The position numbers and the translations under genes were made by a program. Under the pieces are notes generated by a model. The model worked only from the letters and a program-made list of their open reading frames with translations, ran no database searches and had not been told where the DNA came from. Source: an uncultured bacterium (GTDB lineage Bacteria; Desulfobacterota; Binatia; HRBIN30; CADEER01). Taken from it: a DNA stretch of 64,000 nucleotides. This document shows, in pieces, positions 46,725 to 58,974 of this stretch. How positions within the stretch are numbered: the first letter of the stretch is position 1; every line of letters starts with the position of its first letter. The DNA is taken from assembly GCA_963757755.1 (NCBI GenBank), contig CAVWTK010000007.1, positions 132,629 through 196,628 of the forward strand, given 5' to 3'.

Positions 46725-47860
46725 ATGGATTTCGCATTCACCGAAGACCAGGACGCGCTGCGTCAGCTCGCGCACAAGATCTTTGCCGATCACTGCACGC
46801 ACGAGCGGCTGCGCGCGGTCGAGCAGACGCCGGAGTGGTTTCGATCGCGCGCTGTGGGACGATCTGGCCAAGGCCAATCTGCTCGGCGTGGCGTTGCCCG
46901 AGGACGTCGGCGGCAGCGGACTCGGGCTCCTCGAGCTCGCGGTGCTGCTCGAGGAGCAGGGACGCGCGGTGGCGCCGGTGCCGCTGTGGCCGACGCTCGT
47001 GCTGGCGGCGCTGCCCATCAACCTGTTCGGCTCCGAGGCGCAGCGCCAGCGTTGGCTGCCCGGCGTGGCACGCGGCGAGACGATCCTCACCGCCGCGCTG
47101 ATCGAGAACGGGTACGACGACACCAGCACCATCCTCGCGACGGCGCGCCGCGACGGCAGCACCTGGCGGCTCGACGGCGCCAAGACCTGCGTGCCCGCCG
47201 CCCATCTGGCGGCGCGCATCCTCGTCCCGGCCCGCACCGGCGACGCGGCGGCCGGCATGTTCCTCGTCGACCCGCACGCCGCCGGCGTGCAGCTGCAGCG
47301 CGACATCGCCACCAACGGCGAGCCGCAGGTCGAGCTGCAGCTGAGCGGCGCCACCGTCGGCGCCGATGACGTGCTCGGCGACCCGCAGGGTGGCGGCGCC
47401 ATCCTCGACTGGACGCTGCAACGCGCCCTCGCCACCTTGTGCGCCACCAACGTCGGCGTCGCCGACGCGGCGCTGCGCATGACGGCGACCTATCTCACCA
47501 ACCGCAAGCAGTTCGGCAAGCCGCTCGCGACCTTCCAAGCGGTGGCGCAGCGCGCCGCCGACGCCTTCATCCAGGTCGAGGGCATGCGATGGACGGCGTG
47601 GCAGGCGGTCTGGCGCCTGGCCGCAGGGACAGGCCGTGCCCGAGGACGTCGCCATCGCCAAGTTCTGGGCGGGCCAGGGCGGCCACTTCACCACCTACGC
47701 GGCGCAACACCTGCACGGCGGCATGGGCCTCGACCTCGACTATCCGGTGCATCGCTATTTCCTCTGGTCGAAGGCCATCGAGCTGACGCTCGGCAACCCG
47801 ACGCAGCATCTGGCCAAGCTGGGGGCGGCCATGGCACAAGCGGAGGCGTACCCGACCTGA
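46725..47860 (+). pseudogene. acyl-CoA dehydrogenase (partner of the preceding ACAD), 2 frameshifts
   Basis: The N-terminus is in ORF 46725..47369, the core in ORF 46711..47949 and the C-terminus in ORF 47636..47860 (HLHGGMGLDLDYPVHRYF). Confidence 0.75.
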
Positions 47861-47867
47861 CGTCACG

Positions 47868-48254
47868 ATGCGCATCCGGCTGCTGCCCCTCGCCCTGCTC
47901 GCCTGCGTCGCCGCCTGCAGCGGCGTCACCACCTCCACGTACGAGTTGATCGGCGCGCCGACGCGACCGCCGACGAGTCCCGACCGGGCGGAGATTCTCG
48001 AGCGGCCGCCGCTGCGCCCGTTCGTGCGCCTCGGACGCGTGCGCGCCGAGCCGTATGGTGGCGCCGACAACACCGCGATCGAAGCGGCGTTGCGCAAGGA
48101 AGCCGCGGCGAGTGGCGTCGACGCCATCATCATCAACTTCCAGGGCGAGCGGCCGATCGGCTTCACCATCGAAGGCATGCCGGGCGACGCCGAGGCGCGC
48201 CGCGAAATGGGACGCATCGTCGAAGGCCTGGCGATCGCGTACCGGGAACCGTAG
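47868..48254 (+). CDS. hypothetical lipoprotein
   Basis: Lipobox LLACVAAC. 128 aa. No recognised domain. Confidence 0.55.
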   Translation: MRIRLLPLALLACVAACSGVTTSTYELIGAPTRPPTSPDRAEILERPPLRPFVRLGRVRAEPYGGADNTAIEAALRKEAAASGVDAIIINFQGERPIGFTIEGMPGDAEARREMGRIVEGLAIAYREP

Positions 48255-48309
48255 GCGCCGCGCGCGCCGCCACTGCGCCTTGCGCGGCGCGGCGCGCCAG
48301 CCCCCCTCC

Positions 48310-49050
48310 ATGACGGCACTCGTCTTCGCCGCCGCGGCCTTCGGCGCGACGATGCTCGGCGGCGCCGTCGCATTGCGCCTGCGCGACCGGCTCCATCTCA
48401 TCCTCGGCTTCAGCGCCGGCGCCGTCGTCGCGGTGGCCTTCTTCGACCTCCTGCCGGAAGCGATCGAGCTCTCGGCCCCGCACTACTCACCCTCGACGGT
48501 CACCGCCGTCGTCGCCCTCGGATTCCTGCTCTACCTGCTCCTCGATCGCCTGCTGCTGCTCGGCCACGCGCACGCCGACGGCGCGCACGACCATAACGGC
48601 CACGATCACGGCGAGCAGGCGCGCGGCAACATCCGCGCCGGCTCGATGTCGTTGCACAGCCTGCTCGATGGCCTCGGCATCGGATTCGCCTTCCAGGTCT
48701 CCCCCGCGGTCGGCATGGTCGTCGGCCTCGCCATCCTGGCGCACGACTTCTCCGATGGCATCAACACCGTGAACGTCATCGTGCGCCACGGCGGCGACGT
48801 CCGCACCGCGCTGCGCTGGCTCCTGCTCGACGCCCTGGCACCGGTCGTCGGCGTGCTGGCCACCTTCCTCTTCACCGTGGCGCCCGATTCGCTGGGGCTG
48901 CTGATGGCGACGTTCTGCGGCTTCTTTCTCTACATCGGCGCCGCCGACCTCATCCCCGAGAGCCACCACGCCCATCCGACCTTCTGGACGACGTTCACGA
49001 CCCTGATCGGGGCGGCGGTGCTCTTCCTGGCCATCCATTTCGGCGGCTGA
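48310..49050 (+). CDS. ZIP-family divalent metal transporter (ZupT-like)
   Basis: ORF 48055..49050 trimmed to ATG 48310. His-rich loop HAHADGAHDHNGHDHGE, HSLLDGLGIG, AHDFSDG. Confidence 0.8.
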   Translation: MTALVFAAAAFGATMLGGAVALRLRDRLHLILGFSAGAVVAVAFFDLLPEAIELSAPHYSPSTVTAVVALGFLLYLLLDRLLLLGHAHADGAHDHNGHDHGEQARGNIRAGSMSLHSLLDGLGIGFAFQVSPAVGMVVGLAILAHDFSDGINTVNVIVRHGGDVRTALRWLLLDALAPVVGVLATFLFTVAPDSLGLLMATFCGFFLYIGAADLIPESHHAHPTFWTTFTTLIGAAVLFLAIHFGG

Positions 49051-49164
49051 GCCGCCCGCCCCTATCGGCCCCGCCACCGACGTCTTCGGTGGACTCGGAC
49101 GGACGTTTGAGGCATTGAAGGCGCGGTGTGGCGGCGATTCGCTGCGCCGAACGGAGGGTGGGTG

Positions 49165-49887
49165 ATGGCCGACGGTAGACGACGCGTCTGGAACGGCTTG
49201 GCGGTCCTGACAGTTGCAGGCGTGTTGGCGTCATTCGCCAACACCGCGCAGTCCGGCAACATCGGCTGCCTCAACAACTCCGACTGCGGCTGCGTGTCGC
49301 AGAACTGCACCGCGCCGGGTGACGGCGGCTTCTGCCTGAACGGCACCTGTCAGTGCAACCCGGGCTATCTGCCACCGTTGTGCGAACCCTCCGGTGCGTG
49401 TTGCGGCGTCTCCATTTGCGCCCAGGGCGCCGCGGCTGGCCAGGCGCAGGCCGTCTGCGCTCAGGTCGCCGCCTGCACCGAGTTGACCCAGGCCACATGC
49501 GCGCTCTTCAACGGCACCTTCGCCGGCACCAACACCACATGCGGGTCCGGCATCTGCGACTGCGACGGCACGTCGACAGCGACGGCAACGTCGACAGCGA
49601 CGGCCACCAACACCGCGACGTCAACCTCGACGGCGACGCCCGTCCCGCAGGGCGGCGGCTGCATGGACACCTCGCAATGCGATCCGGGCCTCACGTGCAG
49701 CGACGCGGTGTGCTGCAATGTGCCGTGTACGGCGCCGGGCTTCGACTGCAACCTGCCCGGTCAGGTCGGCACCTGCGCCGCCATCCCGGCAGCCCCCGCA
49801 CCCGCCGCGTCGAACACCGGACTGCTGCTGATGCTGGGCGCGCTGCTGGCGGTGGCGGGCGGAGCGTTGGTGTTGAAGAAAAGATGA
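49165..49887 (+). CDS. secreted Cys-rich protein with Thr-rich spacer and C-terminal hydrophobic anchor/sorting-like tail
   Basis: ORF 49126..49887 trimmed to ATG 49165 (RBS ggaggg). About 30 Cys in EGF-like spacing. The tail is IPAAPAPAASNTGLLLMLGALLAVAGGALVLKKR. Confidence 0.6.
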   Translation: MADGRRRVWNGLAVLTVAGVLASFANTAQSGNIGCLNNSDCGCVSQNCTAPGDGGFCLNGTCQCNPGYLPPLCEPSGACCGVSICAQGAAAGQAQAVCAQVAACTELTQATCALFNGTFAGTNTTCGSGICDCDGTSTATATSTATATNTATSTSTATPVPQGGGCMDTSQCDPGLTCSDAVCCNVPCTAPGFDCNLPGQVGTCAAIPAAPAPAASNTGLLLMLGALLAVAGGALVLKKR

Positions 49888-49951
49888 AGGTCAAGGGATG
49901 AAGGACGAACGATAGAGACGTTCGTCCTTCATTCCTTCGTCTTTCATCCTC
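49883..49951. repeat. octamer-armed hairpin, GATGAAGG units
   Basis: gatgaaggtcaagggatgaaggacgaacg - 7 nt - cgttcgtccttcattccttcgtctttcatcctc. It spans the gap between convergent stops and overlaps both stop codons. Confidence 0.8.
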
Positions 49952-51137
49952 ACGCGCCGAAATCCCACCCCTCGCCTTTCTTGTACGACCGCAGGATCAG
50001 CCGGGCGACACTGACCCGGTGGACCTCGTCGGGGCCGTCGTAGATCCGCGCGAAGCGGGCGTGGCGGTACATGCGTTCGAGGGGCGTATCGGCGCTGACG
50101 CCCTTGGCGCCGAAGACCTGAATGGCGCGGTCGATGGCATTGTGCAGCATCTGCGCCCCGACGACCTTGATGAGGCCGATCTCGACGCGCGCCGGGTCGC
50201 CCTGGTCGATCTTGTGCGCCGCGTCGAGGGTCAGCAGCCGGCACGCCTGGATCTCGGCGGCGGTCTCGAAGATCATCTGCTGGACCTGTTGCTTGTCGGC
50301 GAGGGGTGAGCCGAACGCCGTACGGTTGAGGGCGCGCTCGCACATCAGGTCGAAGGCGCGCTGCGCCTGGCCGAGCCAGCGCATGCAGTGGAAGATGCGC
50401 CCCGGCCCGAGGCGCTGCTGCGCGATGAGAAAGCCGGCGCCGCGCTCGCCGAGGAGGTTCTGCCGCGGCACGCGCACCTGGTCGTACGTCACCTCGCAGT
50501 GGCCGCCGTACATCCCCATCACCGGCACCTCGCGCACGATCGTGTAGCCGGGCGTGTCGGTGGGCACGACGATCATGCTGAACGCCGCGTGCGGCGGCGC
50601 GTCCGGCTCGGTGCGCGCCATCACCGTGGTGTAGGCGGCGACGTTGGCGCCGGTGGTGAACCACTTGCGGCCGGTGATGACCCAGTGGTCGCCGTCGAGC
50701 ACGGCACGCGTCTGCAGTTGCGTCGGGTCCGAGCTCGCCACCTCCGGCTCGGTCATCGCGAAGCTCGGGAAGACGTCGCCGGCCACCAGCGGCGCCAGGT
50801 AGCGCTCGCGCCACTCCGGCGAGGCGTGCAGGTTGAGCATGATCGAGTCCTGCAGCGAGTGCGTGCCGAGCGCGATCATCGCGTGCTCGGAGCGGCCGAC
50901 CACTTCGTTCACGTAGACGTAGTCGAGAAACGGCAGTCCCTGCCCCCCGATCTCCTTCGGATGGCCGAGCGCCCAGAGACCGGCGGCCTTGGCCTCGTCC
51001 ATCAGCCGGCGCAGCAGCACGCGCGCCGCGTCGCCGTGCTCGTCGAGCTGCGTCTCGACCGGGTAGATGCGCTCCTCGATGAACTGCCGCACGCGCGCGC
51101 GCAGCGGTCGAACGTGCTCGGGAACTTCAAAGCTCAT
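49950..51137 (-). CDS. acyl-CoA dehydrogenase
   Basis: ORF 49950..51329 trimmed to ATG 51137 (MSFEVPEHV). Intact, with typical ACAD length and C-terminal IYDGPDEVH. Confidence 0.8.
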   Translation of the reverse strand: MSFEVPEHVRPLRARVRQFIEERIYPVETQLDEHGDAARVLLRRLMDEAKAAGLWALGHPKEIGGQGLPFLDYVYVNEVVGRSEHAMIALGTHSLQDSIMLNLHASPEWRERYLAPLVAGDVFPSFAMTEPEVASSDPTQLQTRAVLDGDHWVITGRKWFTTGANVAAYTTVMARTEPDAPPHAAFSMIVVPTDTPGYTIVREVPVMGMYGGHCEVTYDQVRVPRQNLLGERGAGFLIAQQRLGPGRIFHCMRWLGQAQRAFDLMCERALNRTAFGSPLADKQQVQQMIFETAAEIQACRLLTLDAAHKIDQGDPARVEIGLIKVVGAQMLHNAIDRAIQVFGAKGVSADTPLERMYRHARFARIYDGPDEVHRVSVARLILRSYKKGEGWDFGA

Positions 51138-51189
51138 GGGTGAATCCCCCTCTGTGCGCTGCTGGGTTCTCTGTGGTAGGACGCCGCGC

Positions 51190-51939
51190 ATGTTGGTGCG
51201 ACGCCTCGGGTCGACGGTGTTCTGGGTATTTCTCGTCGTCAGCTCGATCCTGCTCTTTCCGATCGCGGTACTGATCTGGGCGACGACCCTGCTCTTCGAC
51301 AAGCGCCTGGTGCTGCTGCATCGCTTCACGTGCTTCTGGGCCTCGCTCTACTCCTGGCTCAACCCGGTGTGGCGCGTGCAGGTCGAGGGGCGCGAGAAGA
51401 TCGACCCCGACACGGCCTATGTGATGGTCGCCAACCATCAGTCGCTGCTCGACATCCTGGTCCTGTTCCGCCTCTTCACCCACTTCAAGTGGGTGTCGAA
51501 GATCGAGAACTTCCGCGTGCCCTTCATCGGCTGGAACATGACGCTGAACCGCTACATCAAGCTGCGGCGCGGCGACAAGGAAAGCGTCGATCAGATGATG
51601 GCGGCGAGCGAGCAGACACTCGCCGAGGGCAACTCGATCATGATGTTCCCCGAGGGCACGCGCTCGGCGGACGGACGGCTGAAGGCGTTCAAGCACGGCG
51701 CGTTCACCCTCGCGAAGCGCATCGGCACTCCCATCCTTCCCATCGTCGTCGAGGGCACCGCGGCCGCGCTCCCCAAGCGCGGCTTCGTCCTGCAGGGAAG
51801 GCATGCGATCCGCATACGCGTTCTCGATGCGATTCCGTATGCGCGCGTCGCGTCGCTCTCCGTCGAGGCGCTCACCGAGCATGTGCGATCGATCATCGCC
51901 GCCGAGCTCGGCGAACCGGCGGCGCGCGAGAGCGCCTGA
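51190..51939 (+). CDS. plsC: 1-acyl-sn-glycerol-3-phosphate acyltransferase
   Basis: ORF 51067..51939 trimmed to ATG 51190. NHQSLLD and FPEGTRS motifs. Confidence 0.8.
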   Translation: MLVRRLGSTVFWVFLVVSSILLFPIAVLIWATTLLFDKRLVLLHRFTCFWASLYSWLNPVWRVQVEGREKIDPDTAYVMVANHQSLLDILVLFRLFTHFKWVSKIENFRVPFIGWNMTLNRYIKLRRGDKESVDQMMAASEQTLAEGNSIMMFPEGTRSADGRLKAFKHGAFTLAKRIGTPILPIVVEGTAAALPKRGFVLQGRHAIRIRVLDAIPYARVASLSVEALTEHVRSIIAAELGEPAARESA

Positions 51940-52188
51940 CGGCGTCGCGTGACGCGCGCACGACGCTGCGTCACGATCGCGGCGCCAACACCGTAACGCC
52001 GTCCGTCATTTTGCGGCACTCTCGCGTTTGCGGCGCGGCGAGAACGCATCTTGCATTGCGTTCGCGTTCGCATCGCACAACGCAGCAGTCGCGGCGGCTG
52101 TATCCGCCACTCGGTGTGAGCCCGCGCACGTCACCTGGCGCGGCGCAGCCGGTGGCGGTGCGGTCACACGCGGTTGAGGAGGATCGAG

Positions 52189-54003
52189 ATGACCGCACGG
52201 CGTTCACACACCCTGGTAACCCTCGGTGGCGCCCTGATCGCGCTGACACTCGCGACCGCGCCCGACGCGGCGGCCGCGCAGTGCGGCGACGGCATCGCGC
52301 TCGCGCCCGAGGAATGCGACGACGGCAACACGCTCGGCGGCGATGGGTGCTCGGCGACCTGCACGCTCGAGGACGCGTCGGCACTCTGCGCCGGCGTCGC
52401 CACCCACGACGGCACGAGCCTCGCGGCCGTGCGTGTCGCGTCCGGGCTGTCGCAACCGATGCAGGTGACCGCTCCGCCACTCGACCCCAACAGCCTCTTC
52501 ATCGTCGAGAAGGGCGGCACCGTGCGCATCCTGCGCAACGGCAGCCTCCTGCCGACGCCGTTCCTCGACCTCACCGGCCGCGTCGGCCTCGGTGCCGAGC
52601 AGGGGCTGCTGAGCATCGCCTTCCACCCCAACTTCAAGAACAACCACCGCGTTTTCGTCGCGTACACCGACAGCCGCCTGTCGATCTTGTCGCGATTCGA
52701 GAGCACGGCGGGCGCGCCCGACGTCCTGCAGCCGAGCAGCGAACGCATCCTGCTGGTAGTGCCGCAGCCGTTCCCGACCAACAACGGCGGCCAGCTCGCG
52801 TTCGGTCTCGACGGGCGCCTCTACTATGGCCTCGGCGATGGCGGCGGCGTCAGCGACCCGAGCGACAACAGCCAGAGCAACACCTCGCTGCTCGGCAAGA
52901 TCCTGCGCCTCGACGTCAACGTCGAGGCGTCGCCGTTCTACGCCGTCCCGCCCGACAATCCGAATCCGGGCCTCGGACCGATGTTCGGCCTGGTGTGGGC
53001 GAAGGGCGTGCGCAACCCGTGGCGCTTCGGGTTCGATCGCTTCACCGGCGATCTCTACATCGGCGACGTCGGTGAAGACCTACGCGAGGAGATCGACGTC
53101 CTCCCGCCGGGTAGCGGCGGCGCCAACCTCGGCTGGGACGTCTTCCAGGGCAGCCTGTGCTTCGAGCCGGCGCCGCTCTTCCCGAGCTGCCCGGCCCCCA
53201 CCGCCGGCTTCACTTTCCCGGTGCGCGAGTATGACGACGCGGAAGGGTGCTCGGTCACCGGCGGCTTCGTCTATCGCGGCTGCGCGCTGCCCGACGTGCA
53301 CGGCACATACTTCTACGGCGACTACTGCAGCGCGTTCATCCGCAGCTTTGCGCTCGCCGGCGGCGTCGCCACCGCCGACGCCGACCACACCGCCGAGCTC
53401 GCGCCCGGCGGCGGCCTGAGCATCGACAACATCATCTCGTTCGGCGAGGACGCGCGCGGCGAGCTCTACGTCGTCGACCAGGGCGGCGAGGTCTTCCAGA
53501 TCATCGCCGGCCCCGAGCCGACCGCCACCCCGACCAGCACTCCGACGGCGACCGACACGTGGACGCCGCCGCCGACCGCGACGGCGACGGTGACGGTGAC
53601 CGCGACCCCGGTCGACACCGACACACCGACGCCGCTGGACACGACCACGCCCACGGCGACCAATACCGCCGTGCCGCCGACCAACACGCCGATCCCGGCC
53701 ACGGGCACGCCGAGCCCGACGGCGACGTTCGTCGAGACGACGCCGACCGCGATCGTCGCACCGCCGACCAGCACGCGGACGGGCGTGCCGACGAGGACGT
53801 CGACGCCGACGCGCACGTCGACGCCGACGCGGACGCCCACCCGGACATCGACTCCCACCCGCACGCCGACGACCCGCCGGCCGACGGCCACGCCGGACCA
53901 TTCCCGTCAGTGCGGCCGCAACGATGACGACGATCACGACGGCCATGACTCCGGCTCGTCTCACGGCCATTCCTGGGACGATGACGACGACTGGGGTCGA
54001 TGA
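52189..54003 (+). CDS. secreted PQQ-dependent sugar (glucose/sorbosone) dehydrogenase-like beta-propeller with N-terminal Cys-rich repeat and Thr/Pro + Asp/His-rich tail
   Basis: ATG 52189 follows gaggagga. CGDG...EECDDGN...GDGCSATC repeat. GLLSIAFHPNF and LYYGLGDGGG blocks. Tail ...NDDDDHDGHDSGSSHGHSWDDDDDWGR. Confidence 0.7.
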   Translation: MTARRSHTLVTLGGALIALTLATAPDAAAAQCGDGIALAPEECDDGNTLGGDGCSATCTLEDASALCAGVATHDGTSLAAVRVASGLSQPMQVTAPPLDPNSLFIVEKGGTVRILRNGSLLPTPFLDLTGRVGLGAEQGLLSIAFHPNFKNNHRVFVAYTDSRLSILSRFESTAGAPDVLQPSSERILLVVPQPFPTNNGGQLAFGLDGRLYYGLGDGGGVSDPSDNSQSNTSLLGKILRLDVNVEASPFYAVPPDNPNPGLGPMFGLVWAKGVRNPWRFGFDRFTGDLYIGDVGEDLREEIDVLPPGSGGANLGWDVFQGSLCFEPAPLFPSCPAPTAGFTFPVREYDDAEGCSVTGGFVYRGCALPDVHGTYFYGDYCSAFIRSFALAGGVATADADHTAELAPGGGLSIDNIISFGEDARGELYVVDQGGEVFQIIAGPEPTATPTSTPTATDTWTPPPTATATVTVTATPVDTDTPTPLDTTTPTATNTAVPPTNTPIPATGTPSPTATFVETTPTAIVAPPTSTRTGVPTRTSTPTRTSTPTRTPTRTSTPTRTPTTRRPTATPDHSRQCGRNDDDDHDGHDSGSSHGHSWDDDDDWGR

Positions 54004-54219
54004 CTCGATCGAGCCGTCAGCCTCCCTGCCCCTGACCCCGAAGGGCCGCGCGCACCCCGCGGCCCTTCCGGGGGTGGCGGCGCCGGTAACCCCGTCTCCG
54101 GCGGCGTCGCGAGGTCGAGCGGCGAGTGGACCCGACACCCACTCGCCGCCCGCCTCACCCCCCGAATAGAATTTCCCTCGGCGCGCTCGGAGGCCTACGA
54201 TGGCCCGACCGGTGCGGAA

Positions 54220-54498
54220 ATGGTCGCGGCTCGTCGCATGCGTGTGTTCGCGTGGTCGCTGGCGGTCGAAGGGATCGTCGCCACGTACGGATCACTCCTG
54301 ATCCTCTGGTCCCTCGGCGATTGGGTCAGCACCGCCCTGCACCGCTACCCCGCCGTCCTCGTGCTCGCGCTCGCGCTGCCGCTGATGGGCCTGCTGATGG
54401 TCCTGTCCCAATGGGCGCTCGGCGTCCGCCTGACCCGCATCGACGGCCATTGGGTATTCGTCGACCGACGGTTGCCGGCGGAACGAAGCGAATCGTAG
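54220..54498 (+). CDS. hypothetical small membrane protein
   Basis: 92 aa with two hydrophobic helices. No recognised domain. Confidence 0.4.
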   Translation: MVAARRMRVFAWSLAVEGIVATYGSLLILWSLGDWVSTALHRYPAVLVLALALPLMGLLMVLSQWALGVRLTRIDGHWVFVDRRLPAERSES

Positions 54499-54541
54499 CG
54501 TTGCCCCTGTAATCGATACGCCATCGAATCGTTCATTCTGT

Positions 54542-54641
54542 CACCGATTGGAGGGCCGCGCTCCCGCGCGGCCTGAAGCGGGCGGTCCATCGCAACCCCA
54601 GCGCTGCCGGGCGCCGCGGGAGCGGCGCCCTCCAATCGGTG
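54542..54641. repeat. GC-rich palindromic element, GGAGGGCCGCGCTCCC type (copy 2, short)
   Basis: caccgattggagggccgcgctcccgcgcggcc / ggcgccgcgggagcggcgccctccaatcggtg. Confidence 0.8.
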
Positions 54642-54737
54642 ATGGTATGTGCCGTCGGTAGGTGAACGGCCGCGCCGACGCCCGATCCACGCCTGATCCC
54701 CCGTCGACGTCGCGGGACACGACACCGTCGACCCCTG

Positions 54738-54767
54738 TTGCAAGTGCCCGGCTCGGTTGGTTAGTAG
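54738..54767 (+). promoter_or_regulatory. candidate sigma70-type promoter upstream of the Rrf2 regulator/suf operon
   Basis: TTGCAA-N18-TAGTAG in a locally AT-richer patch, about 40 nt before ATG 54807. Confidence 0.25.
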
Positions 54768-54806
54768 TTGAATCAAGACCGATCCAGTCTGGTATCAGGA
54801 CAGGGG

Positions 54807-55278
54807 ATGATTCGCATCGGCAGACTGACCGACTACGGCATCGTGCTGCTGAGCCACATGGCGACGCGGCCAGATCGCGTTCACACGGCCACCGAGCTGG
54901 CGGCGGAGACCCATCTGCCGCTGCCGACGGTGAGCAAGCTGCTGCGCCTGCTCACCAGGGAGGGGCTGCTCGCAGTCGCAGCGCGGCGTGAAGGGCGGCT
55001 ACGGCCTGGCGAGCACGCCCGAACGCATCACCGTCAGCAGCGCCATCGCCGCCCTCGAAGGGCCGATCGCCATCACCACCTGCACCTCGGCGGCGCCGAG
55101 CGACTGCGCGCACGAGCCGATCTGCCCGGTGCGCGGCCACTGGAATCTCATCAACCTCGCGATCCGCCAGGCGCTCGACAGCGTCACCCTGGCCGATCTC
55201 GCCCGTCGCCCGCGCCTGATGCCGCTGCCCACCCTGCGCGCGGCCGGCGGCCGCGCCGGCCGCGCCGTCGGCCGATAG
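54807..55278 (+). pseudogene. Rrf2-family (IscR/SUF regulator-like) transcription factor, 1 frameshift near 54975
   Basis: MIRIGRLTDYGIVLLSHM...LPLPTVSKLLRLLTREGLL in ORF 54768..55412. It continues (GGYGLASTPERITVSSAI...C..S....C.....C) in ORF 54988..55278. Confidence 0.75.
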
Positions 55279-55290
55279 GAGACGCGCGCC

Positions 55291-56744
<1,454 letters not shown>

Positions 56745-56751
56745 TCCGGAT

Positions 56752-56827
56752 TTCACCACGGAGGCACGGAGCCACGGAGAAATCCCGTTCTAGGTTTTGC
56801 CTCCGTGTCTCCGTATCTCCGTGGTGA
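56752..56827. repeat. octamer-armed hairpin, TTCACC family (CACGGAG units)
   Basis: ttcaccacggaggcacggagccacggag - 21 nt - ctccgtgtctccgtatctccgtggtga. It lies between the sufB stop and the sufC start. Confidence 0.85.
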
Positions 56828-56844
56828 GAAGAGAAACGATTTCT

Positions 56845-57614
<770 letters not shown>

Positions 57615-57618
<4 letters not shown>

Positions 57619-58960
57619 GCCGCGTCAGCCCGAGATCGAGCAGCACCTGGCGACACCTGCCGGCACCCTGCTCGACGGCGCGCCGGCCTTCGCTGCGCGC
57701 CCTGCGCCAGCGCGGCACTGGCGCGCTTCGCCGACGCTCGGCTTTCCGACCACGCGCGCTCGAGGACTGGAAGTACACCAACGTCGCGCCGCTCGCGCGC
57801 GCAGGCGTTCCGCCTGGCCGACGACGGCGTGCCCGACGGCGCCGCGGCGCTCGCCGCGCGCCGCCCGCCTCGGCGGCGGCATCGAGCTGGTGTTCGTCAA
57901 CGGCCGCTTCGCGCCGGCGCTGTCGACGCGTCGCCGCGCTGCCGGCCGGCGTCGTCGTCGAGCAGCCTGGCCGCCGCCCTGGCCGCGCACGCCCGCGCTG
58001 GTCGAGCCGCACCTCGGCACGCTGCGCCGGCGATCGACGACGACGGCCTCGCCGCGCTCAACACCGCCTTCGTCCAGCGACGGCGCCTTCGTCCACCTGC
58101 CCGACGGCGCGAGCTCGACGTGCCGATCCACTGCCTGTTCGTCTCGCTCGCCAACGGCACGCCCGATCGTCAGCCATCCGCGCATCCTGATCGTCGCCGG
58201 CGCCGGCAGCCGCGCCACCGTCGTCGAGCAGCACGTCGGCGCGGCGGCGACGCTACTGGACCAACGCCGTCACCGAGATCGTCGCTCGGCGCCGGCGCCG
58301 CGCTGGCGCATCACAAGGTGCAGCGCGAGAGCGACCGCGCGCCTTCCACGTCGCCGCCGATCGCCGCCGCGCAGGCGGCGCGACAGCCGCTTGACCTCGC
58401 ACGCCGTCTCGCTCGGCGCCGCGCTGGTCGCGCAACGCCATCGCCACCGCTTCGACGCGCCCGGGCGCCGCCTGCACCTTCGACGGGCTCTACCTCGCCG
58501 GCGGCGCGCAGCACGTCGACCACCACACCACCATCGACCACCGCCGGCCGCGCGTGCACCAGCCGCGAGCTGTACAAGGGCATCCTCGACGGGCGCGCCA
58601 CCGGCGTCTTCAACGGCAAGGTGTTCGTGCGCGCCGACGCGCAGCAGACCGACGCCCAGCAGATGAACAAGAACCTGCTGCTCTCGCGACGACGCCGCAG
58701 GTCGACACCAAGCCGCAGCTCGAGATCTTCGCCGACGACGTCAAGTGCAGCCACGGCGCCACCATCGGCCAGCTCGACGAGGACGCGATCTTCTACCTGC
58801 GCGCGCGCGGCATCGACGCGCCCGCGGCGCGCGCAGCTGCTCATCTACGCCTTCGCCAACGAGCTGATCGACCGCGTCGCGCGTCGCGCCGCTGCGCGCG
58901 CAGCTCGAAGAGCTCCTGCGCCGCGCGCTTCCGGGCGCGAAGCCGCTGCCGAGGTGCCGC
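57615..58960 (+). pseudogene. sufD: Fe-S cluster assembly protein SufD, many frameshifts; boundaries approximate
   Basis: [13 protein letters not shown] near 57765. NLLLS...PQLEIFADDVKCSHGATIGQLDEDAIFYLRARGI around 58670-58810. Confidence 0.65.
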
Positions 58961-58974
58961 GATCGAGAGCCGCG

